A stretch of 64,000 nt of DNA, taken from Amphiscolops sp. MND2022 (lineage: Eukaryota). The DNA lies in contig OZ076420.1 in the NCBI GenBank assembly GCA_964187785.1, forward strand, positions 38,502,001 through 38,566,000, read 5' to 3'. Under the pieces are notes generated by a model. It was not told where the DNA came from. It worked only from the letters and a program-made list of their open reading frames with translations, and did no database searches. The position numbers were made by a program, and so were the translations under genes. Positions 26,201-39,038 of this stretch are shown here, one piece after another (the first letter of the stretch is position 1; the number at the start of each line of letters is the position of its first letter).

Positions 26201-29200
26201 TGGCATGAACGTTTAGGCCATAACAATAAGATAGACATTCGTAAACTATCGAAACAGACTGATAGTTTGAAATTTCTGGACAGAGACGACGAGTGTGATG
26301 TCTGTAACACTCAAAAAGCGAGACGTAGTCCTATATGTAAAACTGTAGGTACACGAGCATCGAAACCTCTAGAAATAGTTCATGTTGACATTTCGCCCGA
26401 GCCAATTGAATCAGTCGACGGATTCAAATATGCTTTGGCCTTTGTTGATAGTTTTAGTCGGTTAGGTGCTGTCTATTTGCTGAAAAGTAAAGACGAAGTT
26501 GCACCGAAACTAGAACTTTTTCTCGCTGAGTTAGGGAAGCCACGTAGAATCGTGAGCGATAACGCGAAAGAATTCAAGTTTGGTAAGTTTGCAGAAGTTT
26601 GTTTGAGAAACCATATTCGTCAAGAGTTTACCGCTACGTACACTCCCGAAGAAAATGGGAAAGTTGAAAGAGTATGGAGTACCATCGGCGCGATGGTGAG
26701 ATGTATGTTGAAAACTGCGAACTTAGTAGAAACGTTTTGGTCTTTTGCAATTAGGGCAGCCTTCCACATAAAAAACAGGTGCGTTCACTCCTCACATGGT
26801 AAGACACCATTCGAGAAGTTCTTTGGAAAACCGCCAGATCTGAACCATCTGAAGGTTTTCGGCTGCAAAGCATTTGCTTTCGTAGAGAAAGAGAAACGAA
26901 AAAAGTTCGACAGTCGAGCAGAAGCAGGGATTTTGCTAGGTTATAGTAGCAATTCAAAAACTTATTTGATTGGTAGTTTTGAAAATGGAATTTTGGAGAC
27001 ATTGCAAACCCGAAATGTAACGTTTAACGAGAGAGTTTTTCCAGGATCGGAAAGTTTTCATAGGCGCAGTTTTACGAACGACGAAGACATTATTTTCGAG
27101 ATAGACGAAAGGGGGCGTGAGATAGCTGAGAACAGAAATGTTGGAAATGTGTTGACAGAATCAGCAGAAAATGAGGTTAGAACCAGATACGGAAGGCAAG
27201 TGAGACCACCTGAGAGATACGAACCAGGTACTAGTGAGACAGCTAATCAAAAATTTTCGTCTGAACTCGAAAATCAACTGTCGTTTCACACAAGTTTCGT
27301 AGACCCCGAAGTACCGAAAACCGTTGAAGAAGCGTTATCAATTCCAGAATGGTATGGAGCTATGAAGGACGAGTTTCAGTCACTTGAGAAAAACAAAGTT
27401 TGGGAGTTAACCACACTTCCTAAGAACAAAAATTTAGTTAGCGGAAAATGGCATTTCACCTTAAAACGAGATGGAAACGGCAAAATTATAAAATACAAAG
27501 CACGATATGTCGCCAGAGGCTTCAATCAAAAACAGGGCGTAGATTTCGAAGAAACTTATAGTCCCACAGTGAAAATGGTGACTCTTAGATTTTTACTGAG
27601 TTTTGCGGTACAACGAGACATGAAGTTGAAGCAATTAGATGTGAAGACAGCTTATCTCAACGCAGAGATAGACGAAGAAATCTTTGTTCAACAACCGTTA
27701 GGTTTCGAAGTGTTGAAAGACGGCGAGAATTTGGTTTGCAAATTGAAAAAATCGTTGTATGGACTAAAACAATCGGGACGAAATTGGTTCTTTACCTTAA
27801 GAGGTTTTTTGACAAGCATTGGATTCAAGGGAAGCAAAAGTGATCCTCGCCTCTTTTTGAGACATCGTAAGGGTGTCACTGATTATGTTGCATGTTGGGT
27901 TGACGATCTGGTTTACTGTAGCAGAGATGAAAAGTTTTACGAGGAATTCGAAGTAGCGCTTCGCAAAAAGTTTTTGGTAAGCGACGTTAGTGATCTGAAT
28001 TGGTTTCTAGGTATGCAAATCAAAAGAGATGCTAACAAAATCGAAATCTCACAAGAAAGTTACATAGAAAAACTTCTAGAGAATTTTGGCATGACCGACG
28101 CGAAAACCGCTTCTACACCAGCTTTAGAAAAAGTCCCTATCAGCAGTGTTGATTGTCCTTCAAAGGGCAGTAAAGAAGAAAAAGAAATGAAGTGTTGTAA
28201 CTACAGAGGTTTAATTGGTAGTCTCAACTACTTAGCCAACACTTCAAGGCCAGACATAACTTTTGTCGTAAGATCTCTGAGTAGGTTTGTTCAAAATCCT
28301 GGACGGCAGCATTGGAATCAAGCTAAGCACGTTTTGCGATATTTGAAGGCTACGAAGAATAGAAAGTTGATTTACGAAAAAGCTGACCAAATGAGAATTA
28401 TAGGCTATAGCGATACTGACTGGGCAGGTAAAATAGATTCAAGAAAATCAACTAGTGGCTACTGTTTTTTTCTAAACGAGAATTCAGGTGCTATTAGTTG
28501 GCACTCAAAGCTGCAATCAACAGTAGCAACGTCTACTGCCGAAGCTGAAGCTGCTGCTCTTTTTGCAGCAACACAAGAACTGGTTTTTCTGAGAGAGCTA
28601 CGTGCAGAGCTTGGTATGAGCAAATCATTACCGAGTTCTGTTTTCGTTGACAATCAGGCTTGTATAGCAATGACTAAAAACGCTGTCAATTCCCAAAAAG
28701 TTAAGCACTTCGCCATCAAGCTACATTTCTTGCAAGAGAAAATAGACGAGAAGGTTTTAGAAGTTAAGTTCTGTCCAACCGAAAATATGACAGCGGACAT
28801 TTTGACTAAAGCCTTAGGGAGGGTCAAGTTTCAGAGGTTCAGCAAGGAAATAGCTGGTGGTATAACAACCCAGAGAGAGAATAGTAACTTTGATCGTTAG
28901 ACATGAGTTCCTATTTACAGCTCATGAAAAGGGGGAGTATCAAGTATTTATTTTCTTGAGCTAGAAGTCACAGCATGTATATCTTCTACTTTTTATCGAG
29001 ATTTCTGCTTTCAATAAGTGTATGAACAACTCATGAAATATCTCTTCTTTGCTTTGGCGCCAAATAATTGATGACTACTTCACTGTAAACTTTTGTATCA
29101 TTCTTTGTTGACTTTCATCAAAAATCAGTTCACTTCTCAGAACAAAACAACGTTTTGGAAATCAAGAGTTTCTGAATTAGAAACGCACTCAAAAACAAGG

Positions 29201-30181
29201 GGCAAGTCAATCTTGGCCAGCAGAAACGTTTTGGCAACCAGACTAGACCAAAATTTTTCCATTGAGAGATTAGCTGATTCGGTGATGAATATTCAATTTT
29301 GATGCCAATTTAGGTTGAAATCGATATCGACCGGTTTAAGTTGATTCAAATTAAGTTGAATTTAAGTGGAAGCCGAATGGGATAATTTGGCGCCCGCTTA
29401 AGGCTCAAACAGAGCAAAAAGTACTTCAAATCGTCAAGTAACTGTTTGTTAAAAAATTCTCAATCACACATTGAGGAAAAAACTAAAATGTAGTCTATCG
29501 GGCTTGGAAAAGCTTTATAACTTCCATATATGCTAAACGACTGTTCTTATGAAAATTCTAAGAAGAATCATAGTGCCGAAAATTAATCTGTGGACTTGAA
29601 AGTGTTTTTCCTCACGGAAAATGTCAAAAATCCTTAGGTGAAATGAAAAATCTTTGGAATAAGCCTCGCTAACAATAGATAATAATGAGAACTAACCAAT
29701 ATGCACTTTCTCATCAGCCAGTCTGACATGGAGACTCTGTGCGTCTGAGTCAGAGTACACTGCAACTGTCGCAATACCCAATCTCTTGCATGTCGCAATC
29801 ACTCTACATGCAATCTCGCCCCTGTTCGCAATGAGCACCTTCTGGAACAGTTCCTCGTTGGGGTCCACTCGTGTGTTGAAGTACCACGCAGGCAGTGAGG
29901 ATAGACATCTGGAAAGAACACACACGGTAAGGGTCAACCAAAAAACCAAAATCATTTCAAATATCCGTTTTATGTAATAGTAAGATACAATTAATGACAT
30001 TATATATCAAAAGAAACGGTTTGTTTTTGTGGAGAAAAGTCTCATCGCTATTGCATATTTCCAACCGAAGAATGCCAAGATCGTTGATTAGAATGCATTC
30101 ATGAGTCCTAAGTAGTAAAGTCCTCCAGTTCAGAACTGGCTTAAGCAATATGGTCGCGTGAGCTATCTCAATGTTCAACAT
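20224..30181 (-). CDS. PCCA: Propionyl-CoA carboxylase alpha chain (biotin carboxylase + biotin carrier), ~715 aa
   Basis: Inferred exons 30066-30181 (tentative), 29697-29908, 22749-22927, 22117-22329 and 20224-21651, all GT-AG and phase-compatible. Motifs: [75 protein letters not shown], biotin site EAMKM. The [13 protein letters not shown] context is PCCA-type. Confidence 0.93.
22996..23225 (+). repeat. 5' LTR
   Basis: TATCAAG...ATCAAGA; 2 differences from the 3' LTR found by eye. Confidence 0.92.
24080..28900 (+). pseudogene. Copia gag-pol polyprotein (~1334 aa when the 816-bp insertion is removed)
   Basis: Gag with zinc knuckles [14 protein letters not shown] (H>Q) and [14 protein letters not shown]; protease [10 protein letters not shown]; [16 protein letters not shown]; integrase [27 protein letters not shown]; [22 protein letters not shown]; RNase [16 protein letters not shown]. 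Both halves are in the same frame. Confidence 0.92.
25172..25987 (-). mobile_element. HINE family B inserted in the copia protease region, with an internal ~172-bp tandem array
   Basis: subTIRs AGGAGTCGG (25193-25201) / CCGACTCCT (25977-25985) and terminal hairpin CCGCA-TG-TGCGG (25178-25189). Inserted in an A/T run. Repeat units start at 25221, 25393, 25564 and 25736. Confidence 0.85.
28938..29167 (+). repeat. 3' LTR
   Basis: Directly follows the polypurine tract; 228/230 identical to the 5' LTR by eye. Confidence 0.92.
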
Positions 30182-31142
30182 GTTTGCAGAATCACGCTAC
30201 TTCCGAGTCACCACAAACTCTATTCAGAGTTCGGTCGTCTTCAACGATTCAAAAACACTTTTGTTTGAAACAGTTGAATTTCAACTGGATTTAAGTCCTA
30301 TTAAAATTTGTAAATCCTATTAAAATTATTAATACCAAGATTAAATTGATTGAAAAGCAAAATGCAAAAACTATACTTCACATATATATTCAATGATTGG
30401 ACCAAAAAACGAGTTTTGGTTTTTTTCAACACTGAATGGGTTAATAAACTTCGAATGAACCAAGCCTAAAGTGATAAGAACCAGGGGGCGCTTTTACGGG
30501 GGTGGAGGGGTATGGGGCTGGTGGTGAAGCCCCCCCCCCGGGAAAGATGCATGTAATGAAATGATATCACAGCCCGTAAAATGAGCCGAGTTTTCCTTCC
30601 TTCAAAATTTCAGCTGGTGCTCTCGTTATGGTGCCCTCTCCCATTCTCATCAGGGGAGGTTTTAGGAAATCCTAAAACCTCCCCTGGTGAGAATGCATTC
30701 CGATTGTCCAGGGCTCGGAACGAAGGTAGGATTAGTAGATCAAATAGCTAATCCATGTCCAAAAATCGCTTCTTTTGGGTGACCTCAATAATTATGATTA
30801 AAACGGTTTCTAATTGAAATCTGATAATAATTAGCCAAGCCGACTTTAAAATAAAGAGGGTTGAAGTGGTCACTGAGTGATAATACCTGCTGATGGAAGA
30901 AGAATTATGTCGAAGTGCCAGACCCTTCGATCTGAGGTAGAAACGAGGAAGGAATTCCATGGCCGAAGAAAGGCTAAGACGTTAAGTTGACTGAGAATGC
31001 GGTTTGATCAACAATTGTGACTGCAGTAGACCAAAAAGAAGCCCTGGATCGGTTCGAGGAGGTTCCTTCGTCCTTCGATCAACTCCCCACGTCTCAAAAC
31101 TGAAAGGTCCGTCGATTACTACAATAATATATGTTCGCGATA

Positions 31143-31315
31143 CAGTAAAACCCTGGAAACCAGTGTCTAAATTGCGCTAAATCGAGTATTGTGTTATTTG
31201 AAATTGCGTTAAACCGCAGGTAAAATGAGAGAATAGGTGCAATGGTGATTTGTTTCAATTGCGCTAAATCGAGAATTACGTTATATCGAGGGTGCGTTTA
31301 ATAGAGACTCGACTG
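31143..31315. mobile_element. Degenerate pogo/Tigger-like MITE
   Basis: TA|CAGTAAAACCC at the left, GAGACTCGACTG|CA at the right, and repeated ATTGCGCTAAATCGAG internal motifs. Confidence 0.45.
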
Positions 31316-33024
31316 CAGAACACGTGAAATACTCGAATAATCGAAATACACAATTTCGATAACTAACGAAACGGATGGTGCAACGCATAGCAAGATTTTA
31401 GTTCTAATTGCCGATTTATTTTTTTTTTCAAAAATTGCCGCCACTTGAGAAATGAAGTTCGATGATAGGAAAATCACTAAAAACGTTACTTTTGGCACTG
31501 GAAATCGACAGTCCGAAATGAATTCTAATTTCATATAGAATCCACAGCTAGTTTGTTAAAGCAGCGAAAACACTAAAACACAAGAGGACGACAAAAGGAA
31601 CAGCCCCATGACAACAAATTCAAGAACAAGTTGGTAAGTTTTGCGACTTACATAGGTAAGTTCAGGGAATTGTCTCCCGAAAAAAGATTTTTCATATAAT
31701 TAAACTACGAAAAATTAGGTTCGTAGCATATGTGCTTGTGAAGATATTCGAACTTTTTTGAAAAAGAAACAAAACTAAGTACCCCCGAAACTTTCCATTT
31801 TTTGATCTTTTTATTGCAACCACAAAACAATCAGCTCCTTCGCAAACCTTTTTATGAATTTTTTTTGAAGTGCTTCAAAATGAACGAAGTCAAAATATTT
31901 AACTGTTGGTGTTTTGGTTGGCAGACGTTCATTGAGTCTTGGGTCTCAAAAGTATGTTGATGCTGAAATACGCCAGGGTGGAATAAACCCCGATGTTAAG
32001 CAGGCGTGTTGTTTGATTTTATTGAAGATTGATCAGTTTCACAAAAATTCAAGAATTGAAAAAATCAATTCGAAATAATTTGGTTGCAATTTTTGTTCCT
32101 AAACAACTCTCGACAGGCAATTGAAAGGAATGCTATGCTATAAATTTTTGAGAAAGTAGTTCTCTAATGAACAACGTAGGAGCCAAGATTGATGATTGTC
32201 TTTGAAAGCTCGAGCACTTTAGCAAAATTAAAAATTCAGAGATCAGGAAACAGCGAAGGTAGATTAATCACGTGGATTGGTCTCAGGTGTACAAAGCAAA
32301 CAAAAATGTGAAAATTCTGATTGCATTCCGATGGTAAAAACGCTCCCGCGAATTACTTTGGGAAAATATTCAGGGAAAACACGTCAAGAGAGAAAATCAG
32401 GGGAGGGGGTTCTGTTATTATCGGAGTAGAAGAGAACATATTATGTAGCCTCTAAAAACTGGAAGCACTCTAGAATACTTTCCGGAGAAAATAAGCAAAA
32501 CACTTGTTCAACCAAAGACGACCATTTCAACGGATTCAAAATGATACCGTTCAGTCGAATAAATGTCAGAGGCCTAACCATGAAGCATTAAAGGCTCAAA
32601 AGTTTCAACATAATGGAGATCCCAAAAGATAGGCAAGACTGGAAATTTTCTATTAGAAACGTCCGCCGATCCATTTGGACAAGTTTTTGAAGTTAAGTGC
32701 TTTTCTGAATGACAATCCCGGTACATTCAAAACAAGACGCCCGCTGACCAGAAGGATATTTTCCGTCCAAAGTGTTCAAGCAATGACATATTTTTGAGAC
32801 TCAAGAGTAGCCATTACACTATGAAAACGCTTAGAGGTTTGATGGAAAAGGTTTGACACTTTTTGAATAATGTTATGCCATTTCAGAAGGGAACACTTCA
32901 AGAAGACACCAAACACCTATTTGGTTTTTCGTCAGATTGTGTGTATTCCAAAACCTAACCAATTATTTCTTCTTTAAATTTGCGCGAAGTCGCCAAAAAC
33001 GTCAAAATTTCTACAATTCTGCAC

Positions 33025-34075
33025 TTTTTCGACAACTTTGTGGTCATTTGAGGAACTTTTATAAGAAACTGTAGATGTCTTTTCAAAAACGCTTTTTGGA
33101 TAACGGGTGCACTCATTCTTGAATTACAAAATTGCTCGAAACGTTTACAAAAAAAGTAAATGAACATCAAAAACAAAAAACGGATTTTCGCTAAAGTTCA
33201 AATCATTCTGACGAACTTTTTGCATACACAATTGTAGATTTCTTTTTTGGACATTCTGCATGCCTACTCAAAAAATTTAGACTTTTAGAAAATTACGAAA
33301 TTTTGGTAACTTTCAATAGAATTTCACTAATTTGTCGAACAACTGCCAAAACTATTTTCGACAATTTTGGGGTCATTTTGAGGCTCTTTTCTAACGTAAA
33401 CTGCAATTCACCTGCAAAAAACCTACTGAACAACGCATTCGTTCGCTTTTGAGGGTTTTTCTTCTTCCAATGATGGAAACTTCTCAAAAAATTCTGAACT
33501 TTGCATAAGAAACGTTGAATTTAGACTTTTTAAATCGGACTAATCAGGGCCACTTTTGAAGTACTTTTGAAGCTAAATACTGCAACTCTCTTCAAAATAG
33601 CATACTGCATAGCTAATTTCATCGTTTTTGAGTGTTTTGAACTTTCTTGGTCACAGAAACTTTCAAAAATTGAACCAAACTGCAGGAAAAACGACAAACT
33701 TGAAAAATTTCTGAAGTAAAACACTAATTTTCAAATTGCATTTATAACTTCGACGACGCCTCTTGGACAACAAAATCTTTCCTTGTTGAATGTTTTTAGC
33801 TTTCTAAGCTAGCAAGTGTATCAAAAATTTGACAAAAATTGCATAAAAACGGTAAAAATCCGAACTTTATGGAAGTTTTTTCAATTTCGATCGCAATTTG
33901 AGGCATTTTTTCTTTATAAAGTTGCATTTATTTCTTCGAAAAAGCCTCTTGGAAAACGAAACTTTTCTCTTCCAACATTTAAAGCCACGAAATCTATCGG
34001 AAAATTGACAAAAATTGCATAGAACTGTAAAAATCGGAAAATTTTGCAGTTTTTACTATTTTCGGGTCATTTTTG
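33025..34075. repeat. Old degenerate tandem array, ~170-175-bp period
   Basis: GGTCATTT(T)GAGG-like motif at 33042, 33371, 33548, 33891 and 34065; GACAAAAATTGCATA at ~33830 and ~34010. Confidence 0.4.
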
Positions 34076-34918
34076 GGTCGTTCTGGGGTCTTCGGGGTCA
34101 ACTAAAAAAGTCCAAAAATCTCCACAAATACATACCGCATGATGCTAATTTTACATCAGCTGAATTCTATGGGTGAAACCCTTTAGCTTTGATATAAATA
34201 AATTCTTGGCAAATTTTGTAAAAAAACCGTTTGATTTAAATATTTTCCTTTTCCATATGAAATATGGACGGAAAATAATAACATATCACTTTCCGACTCA
34301 ATATTTCATATATGGAAGAAAATTTTTCTCAGCTGGCATTTTCTAGTAAAGTAAAGTAACTAGTCTAACTTTAGACCCGAACGATGAGTTTTTACACCCT
34401 TCCACAGAATTCAACGGCTAAAAATTAGATGTGTAGAATATCTATGTATGTAGATATATCTGAGTTTTTTTGAAAATTAAAAAAAGTGACAAAAGTTTAA
34501 AATAACATTTTTGACTTCTATTGTTGACATTTTCATGAAATTTCGATGTTTTCATGAGCATAAAAATCCACAGAAGCCAACGACAAAACAGTTCTCTACT
34601 TAGCATACTTTTAATGGAGATTTTGATTTTTTTCTGAAAACGTGTCTACAATGAGTCAAAATTTGTAAATTTTGGAACTTTTTGTACAAGCTTCGAACTT
34701 CTTCTTTGACATAAACTTGATGACGACGCTTGACCTTATTAAACATTCAGGACGGAGAGTATTATGTTGCTCAGCGGGCGTCTTGTCCAAAATGAATTCC
34801 AATTGTCAACATCAAGTTTTTCAAAGAGCTAAAAACAATTTTGAAACCAAAATTTTATTCAACACTCAAAAAGTGGAAAGTCAGTTAAAAGATAGAACCT
34901 AACAAAAAAGCAAAGAAA

Positions 34919-37900
34919 TCATGTTTCGGGTGCTTCTACAACTTTAACATCAAATAAATCATCAATTTTGAACTCGCGTTCCTCGAACATTTCAATAGTA
35001 CTGTCTGCAGTTTCATTTCCAGCTGCTGTTATTGCAATAGCTTCATGGAAAATAGAAGCCCTCTTCGAGAGATTGACGTCATCAGATTTTTCGCTTTTGG
35101 GAAGTTTGACCTTAACAGTTTTCTTTTCTGTGTCAACAGAGACAACAGTTCCTGACCTTGAAACTATGTCAGGCCGGAAGTTTTCATCGAGATCCAGCAC
35201 CATGAAAGAAAGGGTTTTGTTAGGTTGGAAAAGCTCGTCTTTGTATATATTCAAGTCGGTCGGAGACGTATTAGAAGGATTGCCGTTGCCTTTTGGAGTT
35301 TCAGCGTTAGAATTTGCCGGTGGTAACTTGCTGGCATTGGACGAAGAGGATACATAAATTTGCGAAGTGTTCGTTTGTGGTTCCTATGAAAAACATGAAA
35401 CATCATTATCAAAAACAACACCTAAATGATACAAGGTTGAATCAAGCCCTCGAAATTCAGCGAACTGATTTAATTGCTGATCAATTCGTAATGGAAATGA
35501 GCCCTTGTTGGTCCATACTTCGAATCGAATCGCAAAAAACATCGCCTCTCAAACTACGTTTTCTGTTTCCTTTCAGCGACGGAAGCTCCTTCGCCAATCG
35601 AAAACTCAAGATTAAATGCAGAATGTTGCAATTAAAATTAATTGGTTTTTTGAAAGCTAATTGATGAAAAAATTCTCAGATTGTTACTCGTCATTTTGAT
35701 GACAAAATTGCCGTTGTGGATCAATTACTATATCAGATTGTATAAGCTGTTGACCAGGGTAGCTTACATACGAAGAAGAGCAGATTATCATCTTCAATAT
35801 CACCAAACTAACGTTCTTAACAGAAACAAAGTTTTGAGAAAATTCATGTAAGAAAAACTCAAATAAAATTCAATTTCAGAAGCAGTTAGTAAAATATGCC
35901 GTTTCTTTTCATTTAGGTAGCACCTTCAAGCTTTTCCCAGAAACTGAAAGTGGATTTTTGCAAATACTAGCCTTTTCACACCAATTCTGTGTGGGCTTGG
36001 CTTTTGGATAATTTGGAGCTGTATCTTTCGCAGCCACAGAACTTGTAGAAGAAACTTTAGGAGACCAAACAGCTCCAAATGGCTGAGCAGTAGGACACGA
36101 AGTTCGTCTTACACAAGCTTTGATGGCTGCTTCATCTTCACTTGTTTCTTCAGAACTGCTCGAAGAATCTTTCGAGTTGACAAAAACACTGTTCAAACTT
36201 GGAGGCCCTGGCCTTTGCTTTTCAGGAACTTTTTTCGATACATCACTTTTGAGTCCATTTTGTGTAGGCACATAAGTTGAACTTCCGGGCTTGATCGGGG
36301 TCAAAGTTTCCGCTACTGAAGACTTACTGTGGACTTCAAAACGCTTTTTAGAAGACAGATCCCCATTCACCAAATTGCCCGATCCTTTAGAACTTGAGCT
36401 CGCAATAGAAAATTTGACTTCACGCACACTTTGGTTTTCAGTGGAATCTGGCTGTCCATTTGAAAAAGATGAGTCAACGGGTTTTTCTACTTCTTCCACT
36501 TCCTCAACCGATTCGTCGTTTTCATCATCGGAAATATCAAATCTTTGTTTCTTTCTTCCATCTTCAGAGGTTTGTTCATTCACAGAGCCATTTGGCATGG
36601 CTTTGGTATGATGTTGTGTATCCGAATCCGCGTCAGCTTTTCGTTTGTTTCTAGATTCTGGATCCGTTGTAGGGTTCGGGATCTGGTCGGAGTGATTCCC
36701 AATTAGGGACTTTTGCTGAGCTTGGTTTTTTGCAATATGTTCCCTCGATCTTCTCAAAAGATTTTCCAAGCTCTCTTCAGGTTCAGCACTGTCATTTTGT
36801 CCAAGATCTCCAATGTTTTCTTCACCTTCAATCGCTTTTACTTCTACTTCTCTATTTCCGATTAACTTCTTTTCAGTTACTCCAACATTTTGCTCTTGAA
36901 GTTCTTTTTGGTTCTCAGCAGATCCGTCTTTGGAATCTTTCAGCTCACGATTAAGCTGAGAAACGACTGAAAATATGTTCAAACCAGGCGTTGGCTTTAT
37001 TTTACAACCCATTAAGGCACTCTTCGTTGGGCCACTGGATTGTTCATTTGGGATCGACGTTGTCTTCTGGCTCTTATTGGGTTCTGAAACTAGAACTGTA
37101 TTTGTCCCTTCGTCACTGTCTTTGGGCGTTTGTGTCTTCGAATCCGGCTTTTTCGACGCATCTTCCAAATTTTTCATCGATGCATCAGATTTATCAGGTC
37201 TTCTAAAACGTCCAACATTTTTTTCATTTTTAGGCAGTGCTTCATCTTCGGACGAAGTGCTTTCGTCGTCAGCTTCATCGTCGGATTCGGATCCTGATCC
37301 TTGAGTTCCCAACTCTTCCAGTATCGAATCCATCTTTTTATTGTAAGCGTCCAGAATCTTATCCACCATGGCTCCGCGTCTCTCGTTAGCTTCAACGCTC
37401 GAAGACTTCAAAGATGCAAGGCCACCTCTACCTTCTGAAGGTTCCATAAACTTAGAGTTCTCAAGTGGCGGTGGTTCAACATACACCGGTTTCACGATAG
37501 GCGAGTAGTCAACAATGGACGATGTTTGCATGACTTCGTCGTTTTCATCTGATTCGCTGTCGAACTTTATATGACCTTTCTTTACTTGGCGGGTTTTCTG
37601 AATAGCTGGTTTGTCGATAGTTTTGGGTGTGGCATCATCAGTGTTTACAGGATCGTCACTTTCTACTGCTTTCACAAACCTTTGATTTTGATAATCGAGA
37701 CTTCTAAATCCATATTTCGAGGGTTTATTCTTCTCTATATCTACATTCTTTTTGTAAGAATGACTGCTATCTTGGTAGGCTACAGAATTTTCTATTCTAT
37801 CTTTTCTTGAATTTAAGCTGCTTGAGGAAACCGCTAGGCTTCCAAGATTAATCTTAGCTCTAGGAGTAACAGGCTTCAGCTGAAACTTGCGCGGTAGAAA

Positions 37901-38422
37901 AAGATCAACTGAACTTTTGGCAGGTTGCATTGAAACCGGCTTCTTACAAACAGCACTTTGCAGGATTTTGTGTTTAAGGGGAGACGACTTTCGAGTTTCC
38001 TTCATTTTTTGTTCTGAATTTTCGTCTGACATATGAACGTCCGTGGGTTTTGATTTACTCACAGCTTCAACGGTTCCGTCAATTTGTGATTCAGCTTGAG
38101 TTACACGAGACTCTACAGTTTCCATTTCCGCGGAATCAATGTTTTCGTTTTTTCGTAAGCATTTTGGAGTCACGTTCATCTTGGAGATTCTCACAGTCAG
38201 CTTGTCACTGTCATGTAACACTTTGATACTTTCATTGTCGGCAATAAAGAAATGATCCAACGTTAGATTCAGGTAGTAATGTTCCCTCAAGGCGTACTTC
38301 CGTTTCACATGAACAAGGAAGTCGAAAACGGTGAACATCTTTTTCGTGTCCACATACAAGCAGTGACTCAGGTGCTCCAAATGTCGAGATTTTTTGCCCT
38401 CGAAAGTTATAAAAAGCCGCAT
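34919..38422 (-). CDS. COIL: Coilin (Cajal-body scaffold), ~987 aa
   Basis: N-terminal self-association-like domain (MRLFITF...TVFDFLVHVKRKY...LNLTLDHFFIADNESIKVLHDSDKLTV), a long low-complexity S/E/K linker, and a C-terminal Tudor-like segment (KTLSFMVLDLDENFRPDIVSRSGTVVSVD). Exons 35924-38422 and 34919-35383 join in phase 0. Confidence 0.78.
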
Positions 38423-38495
38423 TTTCACAAAAACAAATTAATCTGAAAAACAAATAGGAAACGTCATGATCGAACATTCACACTTGATTAATACA

Positions 38496-38913
38496 AACAA
38501 GACGGGAACGTCTAAAGTCGGCGCTATATCTAAGGCTCAAAAAACGCAAAGTTTTTAAAATTGTAAAAGGGGACTCTTTCGACTTTTTGAAAATCCAGTT
38601 TGTTGCAAAATATCAAAAAAATGAAGGGGGACCCTTTGGCGACAAAAAAAAATCGAAAAAAAGCCGCACAGTGCCGAAAAAAATTCAAAGTGGGGACCCT
38701 GTAGTCCCGTCCGGTTTTGTATCTTACGTTAAAAATTGAGTACACGAAAGGGGGGACCCTTTGCACTAACTCAGATGCGATTCCGCTTGCCAGTCCAGTA
38801 CTTTAGTAGTTCTGTAAAAAGTGTCCACTACGCATACATTCTGTGGTCTGACGAAAAAAAAACTTGCCACTGTAATAGTCGGGCTCATTTTGATAAAATG
38901 CGCCGACTAAAAA
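38496..38913 (-). mobile_element. HINE family A copy
   Basis: AACAAGACGGGAACGTCTAAAGTCGGCGC...CGCCGACTAAAAA; internal GGGGACCCTTT repeats. Confidence 0.8.
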
Positions 38914-39038
38914 ATTAGAAAGGAAATATGAGATTTTGAACGAATTGACCAAAGAATTTACAACCAAAACTTCTGAAAGAAAAAAGTTGGTGAACCATTT
39001 TTAACTGCAAAGTTTTTCAGAAATTAAATCATGCGTGG

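Larger units (their letters stand above)
22996..29167 (+). mobile_element. Ty1/copia LTR retrotransposon, full length, antisense in a PCCA intron
   Basis: Two 230-bp direct repeats (22996-23225, 28938-29167). PBS-like GGTTATGG at 23226, polypurine tract AAAAGGGGGAG at 28927-28937, flanks ATTTC/GTTTC. Domain order is gag-PR-IN-RT-RH. Confidence 0.95.

Noticed and set aside
36291-37304. Plus-strand ORFs over coilin
   Set aside because: Antisense shadows of a low-complexity coding exon.
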